A stretch of DNA of 64,000 nucleotides from positions 830,949-894,948 of the forward strand of contig CAVYQE010000002.1 of NCBI GenBank assembly GCA_963770565.1, in the 5' to 3' direction. Positions 46,617-56,759 of the stretch are shown here, one piece after another; the stretch's first letter is position 1; each line of letters begins with the position of its first letter. The notes under the pieces are model-generated. The model made no database searches. It saw only the letters and a list, made by a program, of their open reading frames with translations, and had not been told where the DNA came from. The position numbers and the translations under genes are program-made. The stretch comes from an uncultured Actinomycetota bacterium. Its GTDB lineage: Bacteria; Actinomycetota; Actinomycetes; JAFAQI01.

Positions 46617-48776
46617 CTAGCTGGTGACCTTCACGTGGTGCTTCGATGTCGTCACCACGCCGCTGCTGTCCTTGATCGTCAGCGTCACGGTGAACTTGCC
46701 GGTGTGCGAGTACTTGTGATGCGCCGACTTTCCGCTCGCGGTGTGCCCGTCACCGAAGTTCCAGCTGAAGCTCTTGATCGTCGCGCCGGTGTTCGGTGTG
46801 GTCGTGCCGCTCGCCGAGAAGGAGCCGCTGTGGTGCGCTTTCAGGCTCTTCGGGCCCTTGTAGTGCACCGACGCCTTCTCGCCGACGGTGATCGTGACCG
46901 ACTTGATCACGACCTGGAACATGCTGTCGGTGACCGTAACTGTGGCCGAGTACTTGCCCGCCTTGGTGTAGGTGTGCTGGACCGCCGGTCCGATGGCGGT
47001 GTGCCCGTCGCCGAAGTTCCACGCGTAGCTGGAGTTCGACAGGGTCGCGCTGACCCCGCTGAGCTCGGTGCCGACTGCGGTGAAGTTGCCCGCGCTGTGC
47101 AGCTTCGGGTGCGCGGGACTGGTCATCGTCACGGTCGGCGCCGTAGACGTGAACAGCCGCAGCCCGCCTTTCGGCGTGCCAACGCCGGAAGGCCCGTCGT
47201 ACCCGGTCGCGGTATTGCACTCGGTGCTCGCGACCGACTCAGTGACGTCGGTGGACGTGTGTGGCCAGCTGCAGTCCAGCAGCCCGACCGACCTCTGGGT
47301 GTCGTTGTAGACCAGGCCGTTCGGGTTGTGCGTACCCGTCTCCCCGAACAGGACGGTGCCGCAGTTCGTCACGCTCGTGTCATCGCAGAAGGAGTTGCCG
47401 GTCTGCGTCACGGTCCCCAGCAGCGACGTGGTGATGCTCGCGGGGACGATGTCCTTCAGCGAGCTCGGCGTCAGCGCCGCGTTCGTGTAGAGCGTTGTCG
47501 CCGGGTAGGCCGCGCCGCCCGAACCGCCGGCCAGCGCGAACATCGCCGCGGTGACTGGCGACGCCAGTGACGTGCCGCCGATCGGGAACCATGGCGGGTT
47601 GAAATCGGCCGGCGCGTCGGTGTCGATGATGTCGAAGCCGGTCTCCGGGTCGGCGATCGCGGCAACGTCGGCGGACAGGCGATCTGACCCGCAACCGGCC
47701 GTTGAGAAGCCGGGATAGTGCGACTGCGCGCCCAGGGCACTGAACTGGGTGCTGCAGCCGCCGCCGGTCGCGCCCCTGAAGCCGCTGCCCGCCTCAACGC
47801 CGTTGTTGTTCCAGACCGTCTCAGCGGTTCGGGCGCCGGTGCCCGTGTTGATGTCGATGCTCGTGCCGCCGACGGCGACGACCTTCGAGTCGGTGGCCGG
47901 GTACGACGCGGCGTTCTGCGAGCCGTCCTCGTTGGAGTCGTCGGCGAAGTCCCAGCCGAACCAGCCGTCGTCACCGGTGGAGGCGGTGATCACGACACCG
48001 GGGTGGTTGAAGGCGGCGAGGCTGGCCTTCGATGCGCCACCCTCGGGGCGGCCGAAGGAGTTGCTGATCTCGGTTGCACCGAGTCGCACCGCGGTGTTCT
48101 CGGCGACCGCGAGGTCGCTGTCGGTCGGGCTGCTGGCCTCGACGAGCAGGACCTTGCAGGTGTGGCACACGGCGCGCGCAGATTCGACGTCGAGCGAGAT
48201 CTCGACCGAGCCTTCCTGGTCGTTCTGGCTCGGCAGTGGTGAGGCCTGCCCCTTCTGATTCACGACCCGGAACGTTTTGGCTGTCTCTGCCGGGAAGCCG
48301 TAGCAGGCGTCGAAGGTGTTCAGGTCGGTCTTGACGTTGGGGTCGTTGTGCCAGTCGATGATGCCGATCACCTGGCTGGCGCGGCTCGTGTTGGCGTTGT
48401 AGCCGTACGCGCCGGCGAGGTCAGCCGGCGTGTAGCCCAGCCCGCTCGGGCCGAAGCCGAGTGCGTCGCTGCCTGGGCAGCTCCCCGACGTGTCGGCGCG
48501 GATGCCACCCGGCGTACCGGTGCTCGTGCTCGCGGGCACGGTCACCTTGTGCGCGCCCGGCGTGCCCTTCGCGACGGTCACCTGGGCGATCGCGTAGCAC
48601 TGCATGGTGTGCGGCGTCGTCGGCGGCGGGCAGACCCGCACGTCCTTGACGTATCGGATGGTGCCGGTCGGCGACGCCGAGGCGGTTGCGGCCGCGGTCG
48701 TGAGCAGTCCTCCGGCCAGAACGACGGCTCCGAAGATCGATGTGTTGCGACGCCAAGCACGGCGGGTCCCAGTCAT
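46617..48776 (-). CDS. Secreted S53 (sedolisin-like) peptidase with two PKD domains
   Basis: EISLDVE, ISNSFG, STGDDG, GGTSLASP catalytic motifs; two WNFGDG...H-x-Y PKD motifs. Confidence 0.88.
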   Translation of the reverse strand: MTGTRRAWRRNTSIFGAVVLAGGLLTTAAATASASPTGTIRYVKDVRVCPPPTTPHTMQCYAIAQVTVAKGTPGAHKVTVPASTSTGTPGGIRADTSGSCPGSDALGFGPSGLGYTPADLAGAYGYNANTSRASQVIGIIDWHNDPNVKTDLNTFDACYGFPAETAKTFRVVNQKGQASPLPSQNDQEGSVEISLDVESARAVCHTCKVLLVEASSPTDSDLAVAENTAVRLGATEISNSFGRPEGGASKASLAAFNHPGVVITASTGDDGWFGWDFADDSNEDGSQNAASYPATDSKVVAVGGTSIDINTGTGARTAETVWNNNGVEAGSGFRGATGGGCSTQFSALGAQSHYPGFSTAGCGSDRLSADVAAIADPETGFDIIDTDAPADFNPPWFPIGGTSLASPVTAAMFALAGGSGGAAYPATTLYTNAALTPSSLKDIVPASITTSLLGTVTQTGNSFCDDTSVTNCGTVLFGETGTHNPNGLVYNDTQRSVGLLDCSWPHTSTDVTESVASTECNTATGYDGPSGVGTPKGGLRLFTSTAPTVTMTSPAHPKLHSAGNFTAVGTELSGVSATLSNSSYAWNFGDGHTAIGPAVQHTYTKAGKYSATVTVTDSMFQVVIKSVTITVGEKASVHYKGPKSLKAHHSGSFSASGTTTPNTGATIKSFSWNFGDGHTASGKSAHHKYSHTGKFTVTLTIKDSSGVVTTSKHHVKVTS

Positions 48777-48899
48777 GATTCGCCCTCTTCCCCGGATCGA
48801 TCCGGCGGCGACAGTATGCCGCTTATGCGGAGGCCTGGAAAGTGCCTCCGACCGGCTACTGCGTCCGGTCGAGGACTGAGCGGGCGATCTGCTGATCAG

Positions 48900-49430
48900 C
48901 TACCGGACATCGTTGTGCCAGCCGGTCTCCGCGAAGCTGAACAGCCACCGCGGGGTCATCTGCAGCCAGGCCGTTGCCCACTCCAGGCTGCCGCCGGTGT
49001 TGCGCAGTTCGGTGCTGTCGCGGACGTCCTGTGGCACCGCGGTCAGGACCTCGGCCGGGCCCTCGGTGAGCACGGCCGCATGGTTGTCGTGCTCACCTTC
49101 GATGATGGACAGTGCCAGCCACGGATTGGCCCGGACGTTGCCGACCCGGACCGCGCCGCCGAGCGTGGGGAGCCAGAACGCCTCGGCGTAGATGGTGAAC
49201 AGGGTCGGGGCGGCGTGCGCCCGCCCGTCGGGCCGAGTAGTGGACGCGAGCGCGTAGGTCCGGCGCGTCAGGTAGTCGGCCAACCGGGGACCGCTCATCC
49301 GCCGCTCCGGCGGGTAGGCATTGCGTACCGCCGGCCCGGCCCGGTCGAAAGACGCTTCCTGGAGCTGGCCCAGCCAAACCGCCAGAGCCGGATCGCCCGA
49401 ACCCGCGGACGGCTCAGGAGGCTCGGACAC
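48900..49430 (-). CDS. Pyridoxamine 5'-phosphate oxidase-like (split beta-barrel) protein
   Basis: LASTTRPDGRAHAAP, RVGNVRANPWLAL, VLTEG; start uncertain. Confidence 0.7.
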   Translation of the reverse strand: MSEPPEPSAGSGDPALAVWLGQLQEASFDRAGPAVRNAYPPERRMSGPRLADYLTRRTYALASTTRPDGRAHAAPTLFTIYAEAFWLPTLGGAVRVGNVRANPWLALSIIEGEHDNHAAVLTEGPAEVLTAVPQDVRDSTELRNTGGSLEWATAWLQMTPRWLFSFAETGWHNDVR

Positions 49431-49529
49431 TGTCCATGCCAATCCTGCTCGGCGCCTCCCAGGTGAACCCGTCCGGGTCTGTGAACGACCCGCCGGCACC
49501 GACGATGACGATCCGGTGCGCTCCGGCCG

Positions 49530-49931
49530 CTACCACTCCATCCCCTTGTCGGTCCACGTGACCCCTTCGTGGCGGCACAGGCAGAAGGGATGCCCGACCG
49601 GGTCGGTGTAGACCTGCCAGCCGTAGCCCTCGGGTCCGATGCAGTCCTTCTGAAGTGTCGCGCCGAGATTGACGACGCGGCGCTGTTCGGGCTCGATTTC
49701 GCGCACTTCGAAGTCGAGGTGGAACTGCTTAGGGTGTTCGTTGTCGGGCCAGCGTGGAGGGCGGTAGTCCGCCACCCGCTGGAAGGCCAGATCGACCTCA
49801 CCGAAGGTAATGCCGGCAGAGTCGTCAGAACTACCCTCCATGACGGCGCGGCCTGTCACCTCTGAGTAGAAGGCCGCCAGCTCCATCGGGTCGGGGCAGT
49901 CGATGCTGAAACCCAAGAGTTGTAGCACCAT
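49530..49931 (-). CDS. VOC/glyoxalase family protein
   Basis: IDCPDPMELAAFY, LAFQRV, PPRWP, QFHLDF, DPVGHPFCL. Confidence 0.88.
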   Translation of the reverse strand: MVLQLLGFSIDCPDPMELAAFYSEVTGRAVMEGSSDDSAGITFGEVDLAFQRVADYRPPRWPDNEHPKQFHLDFEVREIEPEQRRVVNLGATLQKDCIGPEGYGWQVYTDPVGHPFCLCRHEGVTWTDKGMEW

Positions 49932-49953
49932 GCGATGTTGCCACGGAGCAGCA

Positions 49954-50000
49954 TGGAGCGGGTGACGGGAATCGAACCCGCACTGTCAGCTTGGGAAGCT
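49954..50000 (-). tRNA. 3' fragment of tRNA-Gly(CCC), attachment-site duplication
   Basis: Minus strand AGCTTCCCAAGCTGACAGTGCGGGTTCGATTCCCGTCACCCGCTCCA gives anticodon arm, T arm and CCA; upstream sequence cannot form the acceptor stem or D arm. Confidence 0.88.
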
Positions 50001-50181
50001 AAGTACGTCCCAACCATTCGTTGGGTGTTTGCGCAGCTCAGACCGCCTTTTCGTCGACCTGCGTGATCTTGGTGATGGCTGTTGGGCCACACCTGGGCCA
50101 CATCTCTCGGCGAGTTTCGGTGAACGGCGGCGAACCACAGCCGGCCAACCTCCCCCGCGACAGGCTGTCACTGTTCGGCTT

Positions 50182-50571
50182 TTAGCTGGCTTCCAACAAC
50201 TGTTGGACGCGCTGGTGCGAGAGGCCGAGTAGTTCGGCAGCGTCACGTCGGCTCAGCCCGAGGTCGGTCAGTTGCTTGACGGCGTGCGCTGTCCGCTCTC
50301 GCGCCTCGGCGCCGGCCCGGTCAGCAGTACGCCGCGCTTTCGCGACGCCGTCGGCGACGGCTCGCACCGCGGCCGGGACCTGGTCCCGCACCGTGAGGCT
50401 GTCGGCGTCCGCGTCTAGCCATAGCGCGAGGGCTTCCCGGATCCGGCCCTGTGCCTGGCGCAGGCTGCGACCGTAGGTCTGGCATCCGGGCAAACCCTTG
50501 ACGTGGACGTTCCAAGCGTCGTCGTGTTCGTCGCGTTGGTACACGGCGACGTAGGTCTTGGCTTCACTCAT
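50182..50571 (-). CDS. hicB: HicB family antitoxin with C-terminal HTH
   Basis: WNVHVKGLPGCQTYGRSLRQA...IREAL HicB fold; GLSRRDAAELLGLSHQRVQQL HTH; coupled to hicA. Confidence 0.85.
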   Translation of the reverse strand: MSEAKTYVAVYQRDEHDDAWNVHVKGLPGCQTYGRSLRQAQGRIREALALWLDADADSLTVRDQVPAAVRAVADGVAKARRTADRAGAEARERTAHAVKQLTDLGLSRRDAAELLGLSHQRVQQLLEAS

Positions 50572-50771
50572 CGCAACCACCCTTTACCCAAGCATCGTTC
50601 CAATGCCCGCTCGATCGCGCGCAATGTCCCGATCGGGATGTCCTGGCCAGCGTGGACGGGGATCACGCTTTGACATCCGCCGGGGCATCGGACGATCACG
50701 TGCGAGCCGCGTTGACGGAGCCGGCTACAACCGCGCCTTAAGGCTTGACGCAGAACGTCCCGGCCCGTCAT
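50568..50771 (-). CDS. hicA: HicA family toxin
   Basis: 67 aa; RQRGSHVIV, VIPVHAGQDIPIGTLRAIER. Confidence 0.88.
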   Translation of the reverse strand: MTGRDVLRQALRRGCSRLRQRGSHVIVRCPGGCQSVIPVHAGQDIPIGTLRAIERALERCLGKGWLR

Positions 50772-50773
50772 CT

Positions 50774-50789
50774 GTCTAGCCTACTAGAC
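50774..50789. promoter_or_regulatory. Palindrome overlapping the putative hicAB -10 element
   Basis: GTCTAG-CCTA-CTAGAC; minus strand reads TAGGCT-AGACAG-ATG. Confidence 0.6.
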
Positions 50790-50811
50790 GACTTATGTCG
50801 GCGCGGGCCGG

Positions 50812-52068
50812 TCATGGCGATCCTTCCAGTGGGAACAGTGCCTCCTGCGCGTCGTTTGAAGCGGGTCCGCGTACACGGCGTCGGCGATCGACGCGGCGCG
50901 GCCGCCCTCCGTCGACCGGCTCGCCTGTGGGAGCGCCGGGAGCGCTCCTCGCGGCGGGTAGCTGGGCCTGCTCGACGAGATCCGACAGCGCCTTCGCGAT
51001 GGCGGCGTCGCGGTCGCGGGTGGCGTGCTGGTAGCGCAGCGCGGCCTTGGGGCTGGCGTGGCCCATCCGCACCATGAGCTCGCGCAGGCTGGCACCGGTC
51101 GCGGCGGCCAGCGTGTTGCCGGTGTGGCGGAGGTCATGGAAGTGCAGATGCTCGAGCCCGAAGTTGCGGGTGGCCGGCCGCCAGACGTCGTTGACGAAGT
51201 TCGCATCACGCAGCACCCCGCCGCGTGGCCCGCGGAAGACCAGCCCGTCCGGCCCGCGGTCAGCGTAGGTCTCGAGATGCGCGGAGACGGCATCGAGGAT
51301 CGCCTCGGGGATTGTGACCGTGCGTCGTCCTGCCTCGGACTTCGGCGGACCGATGTGCCGGTGTCCGCCGGGCAGGTCGGCAGCGGAGGCCCGGACTGTC
51401 ACGGTGCCGGCGTCGAGGTCGATGTCGCGTCGGGTCAGGGCGGCGAGCTCACCCATGCGCAGCGAGCAGAAGGCTGCGAGTAGCACCAGCGTCCGCCACC
51501 GGTCGCCAACCGCGGTGGCAAGCGCGAGGACCTGCGGGACGGTGGCGATCGGTCGCTCGGGGCTGGACTCCTGCCCGGCGCCGGGAATCGTGCCCGGGTT
51601 GCGGGCGATCTCCTGGTCGCTGACCGCACTGGCGCAGACGGTGTGCAACAGCCGGTAGCACTTCGCCGCGGTAACTGATCCCCGGCCCTGCGGGCCGGTG
51701 ACCTTGGGGTGCCAAGCCCGGACAGTGGCCGGGGTGAGCTGCCGGAGCTGCAGGTCGCCGAGGGTCGGCAAGATGTGTTTGTCGAGCTGCCACCGGTACT
51801 GCACGACCGTGCGCGCTGCTAGCGGTCGGCCTCGAACCCGGCGGGTCTTGAGCCAGATATCGGCGAAGTCGCGTAGCGGGATGCGGCCGGCGCTCGGGTC
51901 GAACCAGTCACCGCGGTCGAGGTCAGCGCGGATCCCGGCGAGGTAGCGGCCAGCGTCGCCGCGGGTGGCGAACATCCGGTTGTGGACCCGGCCGTTCGGG
52001 TCGCGGTAGCGGGCCTGCCAGCGGCCGTTGTCCCGTCGGCGGATGCTGCCGAAGTCGCGCCGGGTCAT
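50812..52068 (-). CDS. Tyrosine recombinase/integrase (phage-type, with N-terminal arm-binding domain)
   Basis: FGSIRRRDNGRWQARY N-domain; catalytic LRMGE, PKS, HDLRH, MGH, ALRYQH all present. Confidence 0.95.
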   Translation of the reverse strand: MTRRDFGSIRRRDNGRWQARYRDPNGRVHNRMFATRGDAGRYLAGIRADLDRGDWFDPSAGRIPLRDFADIWLKTRRVRGRPLAARTVVQYRWQLDKHILPTLGDLQLRQLTPATVRAWHPKVTGPQGRGSVTAAKCYRLLHTVCASAVSDQEIARNPGTIPGAGQESSPERPIATVPQVLALATAVGDRWRTLVLLAAFCSLRMGELAALTRRDIDLDAGTVTVRASAADLPGGHRHIGPPKSEAGRRTVTIPEAILDAVSAHLETYADRGPDGLVFRGPRGGVLRDANFVNDVWRPATRNFGLEHLHFHDLRHTGNTLAAATGASLRELMVRMGHASPKAALRYQHATRDRDAAIAKALSDLVEQAQLPAARSAPGAPTGEPVDGGRPRRVDRRRRVRGPASNDAQEALFPLEGSP

Positions 52069-52250
52069 GGAGCCTCACAGAAGCTGACGATGTCCGCTCA
52101 GCACAACGCAGGGAGTTCGACGCGCAGGAGCTGCTCGCCTTCGCGTGCGGGTTCGACCTACCGATCCTCTGGTTCCTGATCCCACCACCAGGGGATCACC
52201 GCAACCTGCAAGGAACGAGCGAGCTGGTCAGCGAGCTGTATCAGCTCGCG

Positions 52251-54400
52251 ATGGGCCGCAACGACCAGCTCGACTACCTCCGCGACCGGTTCGCCGAGCT
52301 CGGGCACGTCGAGCCGGACGAGTCCGATGCCACGCTCGAACGCGTCCACGGCGCTCCGACCGACCGGACGCTGGCGGATTACCCGACGCGGCGCAAGGAG
52401 CTGCTACTCGCGCTGCTCGACTCCCGCGCGGACAAGCGGAGCGCACGGCGGTGATGAAGATCGCGGTGCTGAAGACGAGACCTGACAAGGACCAGGTTGA
52501 CATCGTCGCTCTCTCGGATCGGTGGACAGCAGAGGCGGCCGTGCTGGGATGGGACGGGCTGAGTGTGCAACGGGAGATTGGTCGGGCGAGCCGCCCATCG
52601 GCGCCAACCGCAGCGCTGGTCGAGCAGATGGACCGGGCGATTGTTGAGGCGGTCCGGGCGGCTGGGGCTCGGCGGGCGGTGTTCTCTCGCTCCGATCTGG
52701 CGGCGGAGGTCGCGACCCGGCTGCGGACCGGCGGGTTCGACGCGCACCTGGTCCGGACTCTCATCGAGCAGCTGACCGACCAGGCCCTCGGCACCCCGGA
52801 CGCGGTGACACTGCGCCCGCAGGTCGAGGGATGTCATCGCGGCTCCGACGCCCGCTACGCATCCCGGTCCACGGTGGATGCGGAGCTGCGGATCCTGGGT
52901 GTCGCCGACGCCGGCTGTGCTCGGGGTGTGGCCGTTCTTGACCCGCAACAGGTCCGGGCGGTCGCGAAGCGCCGCGGGCTGGACGCCTCCCAGCAGGCCG
53001 CGCTCGTTCAGGTCACGGGCAGCGGGGACGCGGTCTCGGTGCTGGTCGCGCCGGCCGGGACCGGGAAGACCACCGCGCTCGGCGCCGCGGTCTATGCGTG
53101 GCGTGCCGCCGGGTATCGGATCGTGGGGCTCGCGCCGTCGGCCCGGGCCGCCGCCGAGCTACGGGATGCGACGTTCGCCCCGGCCGACACGGTCGCGAAG
53201 TTCCTCCACGAACACCACAAACCCCCAAGCCCGTTCGCCCTCGAGACCGGCCGGTACCGGCTGCACCCTGGGACGGTGGTGCTCGTCGACGAAGCCTCCA
53301 TGCTCGCCACCACCGACCTCGACGCATTGACCCGAGCAAGCTGGGAGGCGGGAGCGAAGCTGCAGCTGGTAGGTGACCCGGCGCAGATCGGTGCCGTCGA
53401 CGCGGCCGGCGGGATGCTCCCCGCCCTCGCCGAACGCCTGGACGCGCCGACGTTGGACACGGTGCACCGGTTCACCGAAGCCTGGGAGCGCCGCGCATCC
53501 CTAAGGTTGCGGGCCGGAGATCGGACGGTCATTGACGACTACATCGTGGCTGGCCGGGTTCATCACTGCCCCGATGAGACCGCGGCCTGCCAGGCCGTCC
53601 TCGCCAGCTATCTCGACGCGAGCGCTGCGGGGCGCCGGGTGTTGATGCTCGCCCGGACGCACCACGACGTCGACGCCCTCAACACTCTCGCCCGCGCTCA
53701 CGCGATCGAGACCGGGCAGGTCCACGGGCCAGTGCTCCTCGACGGGCCGATGCAGTGGCGGGCCGGGGACCGGCGCCGCGCCACCCGCAACAACCGCACC
53801 ATCACCGTCGGTGCGGACTACCTGCGCAACGGTGACCAGTTCGTCGTCCTCGGCGCCGACCGCGACGGACTTCTTGTCCAGACCGTCGACAGTGGCCGGG
53901 CTGCAAGGCTGCCTGCTGACTACGTGGCTGCGCACACCAGCTACGGGTGGGCCTCGACGATCGACGCCGCGCAAGGCGCCACCGTCGATCACGCGATCCT
54001 GCTTGCCCGACCCGGCATCGACCGCGAACATCTCTACGTCGGGCTCACCCGCGGCCGCCACGCCAACCATGTGGTCGTCTCCCAACCCATCAGCGACGTC
54101 GATCACCACGGGCTGCCGAAAGCCGGGGTGCCTCTGGCGGCCAGAGCAATGCTTGCCGACGCGCTCGGTGTCAGCAGCGTCCAGCAAGCCGCTCACACTC
54201 GGCTCCCCAAGCACCTCCAGGTCGAGCCGGCCACCAAGCGGGTACCAGCTCGGCCCGTGGTTCGACGGCCAACCCCGGCCAGGTCACCGCTCCGGCGGAT
54301 CGAACGGCACCAGCGCAGCATGGAACCCGACCACCACTACCGCGGACTCACACACGATCACGGGCCCGACCACGATCGAGACTTCGGTCGCGGACGATAA
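52251..54400 (+). pseudogene. Truncated MobF/TrwC relaxase-helicase (helicase part only)
   Basis: AVFSRSDL, APAGTGKTT, GLAPSARAA, LVDEASM, VGDPAQIGAV, STIDAAQGATVD, LYVGLTRGR; no N-terminal HUH relaxase motifs; 5' remnant in another frame. Confidence 0.8.
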
Positions 54401-54819
54401 CGAAGAACTATTCGACGGTCCTAGATCAACACGAATCACGCCGAGCCGGCGTTCGCGCTCGCTGGGCATGGGCTCAACTGATGCTCGATATTGACGGTTC
54501 TGATCGGTGATATGGGCAGCCGTGGTTCGCGAGTACGCGACCAGCCTCGGCCGAGGGATGTCGGAAGTGAAGGTCATCGGCACTGCCCGGTGGACCGGTG
54601 AGCGTGAGTGAAGCGGCTAGGATGGTCAGGCCGAGCTTGCCAGCACGCTGCGTGCGAGCACCGGTAGTGGCGCGACCCTTGGTCCAGCATGGCCGCGTGG
54701 TATCAGCGGGTCGGTTCAGTCAGCGCCGTGGGTTGGGGTGCGTGCGACCGGCTGCGACTGAGTTGCGACTGGGGTCGGCGAGGGTCTCCGCAGACCGCAC
54801 ATCTCGCCCGGAGGTTGTC

Positions 54820-56364
54820 GTGACGGCTTGCCCCAGTCTGTTTAGTGCCCGCGCGCGCGCGCCACGTCGAGTTACGGTCTTCGCTGTGGCTGTGGCTGTG
54901 GCTGTGGCTGTGGCTGTGGCTGTGGCTATGGCCATGACCTCGCTGGCTGGGGCCGCGGCGTCGCCGGCCATACCTGGCGTTCATTCGGTCTCGGCTGCGA
55001 AACCTGGGCTGGCCGGTACGCCAATCACCCTCGCCAACAAGGTGAGCTTCGACGGCGACGGTCGGGCCTACTCGATCGCGTCCGACAAGTCAGGCAAAAC
55101 CTACATCGCGTGGCTCTCCTCGAGCGTCAACCACCCGTCCGCACGCCAGCTTCACTTCTGCACGCTGGTGTTGCATGCCACCGGTTGCACGGGTGGCATC
55201 CAGACGCTCACCCCGACCGACCCGCAAACCTCGGCCGGCCTGCGGCTGCTCGTCACACCGGCCGGCGCCGTGACCATCGTCTGGTATCGCACGGCTGCGG
55301 GCGGCGGCGAGATTGCGGAGGCAACCTCGGTCTCAGGCGGTCCACTCTCGGCAGAGCACGACGTGGCGACTGCGCCGATCAACGGCTACCTGCTGGACGC
55401 CGAGCTCGCGCCGAATGGCAGCGTGTGGACCGTGGCGGAGTCGTCGACCGCATCAACGCTGCAGGTCCGCGAGGGGTTCACCAGCTCCCCGACGACGGTG
55501 AAGACGCCGTATCACGTGGGCTATGCGCAGCTCGCGTTCGCCGGTTCGACGCCGATCCTCGCAATCACCAAGAACGCGGCGATCTCGCAGGCAGCCGCGT
55601 TCTCCTACCAGCACGGAGGGTCCTGGACCTCGTTCAAGAATGTCCCCGGCACCGGCACAGCAGGGCAGAACGTCGCGCTGGTGCGCACCCGTTCGGGTGT
55701 CCGACTGATCACCGACATCGGCGACGCGGGCTACACCCCGGTTGTTGCAAACTGGAATGGGCACGGGTTTAGCCACCGGACACCGACCGGCGACACCTGT
55801 GTGTTGGGTGCGTATGACGCGGCAACGGACGCGAGCGGTCGGCTCGTCGATGTCAGCAGCGAGTGCGACAAGATCGCGGTCAGCGACTTCGGGTCCGGGA
55901 GTCACCCCGCGATTCTGCGCTTCTCACCGCACGGATTCGCAGCCGGCGGACAACCGCAGATCGCCAGCGTGCCACGCGGTTACGCGTGGGTCGCGTGGTC
56001 CACCGAGCAAGGCTCCTCAGGAACCCAAGGCGACAACCTCAAGGTCGTTCTGGTGCGGCTGCCGGGAGTGCATCACCGGGTTACACATCGCGGTCGGCAC
56101 GGCAGCGTCACGGTCGTCGGACCCGCGTCCTGCCTGCCCGCCGATGCGATCTCGGTCAGCGTCAAAGGCCACCCGAAACACGGCTGGAACGTCACCTCAC
56201 ACGAGCTCGTGCTCGGGCACAAGAAGCTGCACACGAGCCTGAACGGGGCCGCGCTCAAGGCAGGCAAGAAGTACTCGCTGAACGGCACGGTCGTCTTCTC
56301 CAGGGGCTCATCGCACGAGAAGGTGTCGGCAAAGGTGAAGTTCAGCTCCTGCCCGAACCCCTGA
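54820..56364 (+). CDS. Secreted hypothetical protein with (GCTGTG)7 repeat in the signal peptide
   Basis: RBS GGAGG before GTG 54820; (AV)7 h-region, AAA cleavage site, beta-rich body, K/H-rich C-terminal domain. Confidence 0.75.
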   Translation: MTACPSLFSARARAPRRVTVFAVAVAVAVAVAVAVAMAMTSLAGAAASPAIPGVHSVSAAKPGLAGTPITLANKVSFDGDGRAYSIASDKSGKTYIAWLSSSVNHPSARQLHFCTLVLHATGCTGGIQTLTPTDPQTSAGLRLLVTPAGAVTIVWYRTAAGGGEIAEATSVSGGPLSAEHDVATAPINGYLLDAELAPNGSVWTVAESSTASTLQVREGFTSSPTTVKTPYHVGYAQLAFAGSTPILAITKNAAISQAAAFSYQHGGSWTSFKNVPGTGTAGQNVALVRTRSGVRLITDIGDAGYTPVVANWNGHGFSHRTPTGDTCVLGAYDAATDASGRLVDVSSECDKIAVSDFGSGSHPAILRFSPHGFAAGGQPQIASVPRGYAWVAWSTEQGSSGTQGDNLKVVLVRLPGVHHRVTHRGRHGSVTVVGPASCLPADAISVSVKGHPKHGWNVTSHELVLGHKKLHTSLNGAALKAGKKYSLNGTVVFSRGSSHEKVSAKVKFSSCPNP

Positions 56365-56568
56365 CCACCCCAGGTCGAGCCACCTGGTACAGAGTGCATC
56401 GCGATGAGGCTGAAGGTGGCGCGGTCGTGGTGACCGCGCTGCGGCCTGGTCATAGTCGTCGTTGAGGTGCTCGCCTGCCTCGACGAAAGCGCTCGATGGT
56501 CAGCTCTGGTCGGCTAAACGGAAACGAGCTCGATCCGTCTTTCGTGCACCAGAATGCCAGTTCCGATG

Positions 56569-56620
56569 CTCCGACAAGGTCGGGCCGAATGCACCTCCGA
56601 CAAGGTCGGGCCGAATGCAC
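56569..56620. repeat. Perfect 26-bp tandem duplication
   Basis: CTCCGACAAGGTCGGGCCGAATGCAC x2. Confidence 0.9.
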
Positions 56621-56625
56621 CCGAG

Positions 56626-56677
56626 GTGCCGTTCTTCGACACTCGATCGTCGCGCACTTCGTGCACGTGATCCGGCG
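56626..56677. repeat. 52-bp direct repeat, copy 1
   Basis: GTGCCGTTCTTCGACACTCGATCGTCGCGCACTTCGTGCACGTGATCCGGCG; one mismatch to 57597-57648. Confidence 0.9.
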
Positions 56678-56759
56678 CTATACGACACTGGTCGCGCTCG
56701 GGAAGTCGCGATTGATATCAGCAGGCATGATGACGTACTCGCCCGGAGATCGCACGAAA

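Noticed and set aside
85-49466. Many long antisense or alternate-frame ORFs (e.g. 1560..2798, 11719..13413, 43894..45864)
   Set aside because: Shadow ORFs of real high-GC genes: Arg/Pro/Ala-rich, no motifs, fully overlapping well-supported CDSs.
50812-52068. Integron integrase (IntI)
   Set aside because: Has an N-terminal arm-binding domain, lacks the IntI-specific insertion, and sits at a tRNA att site like a phage/ICE integrase.
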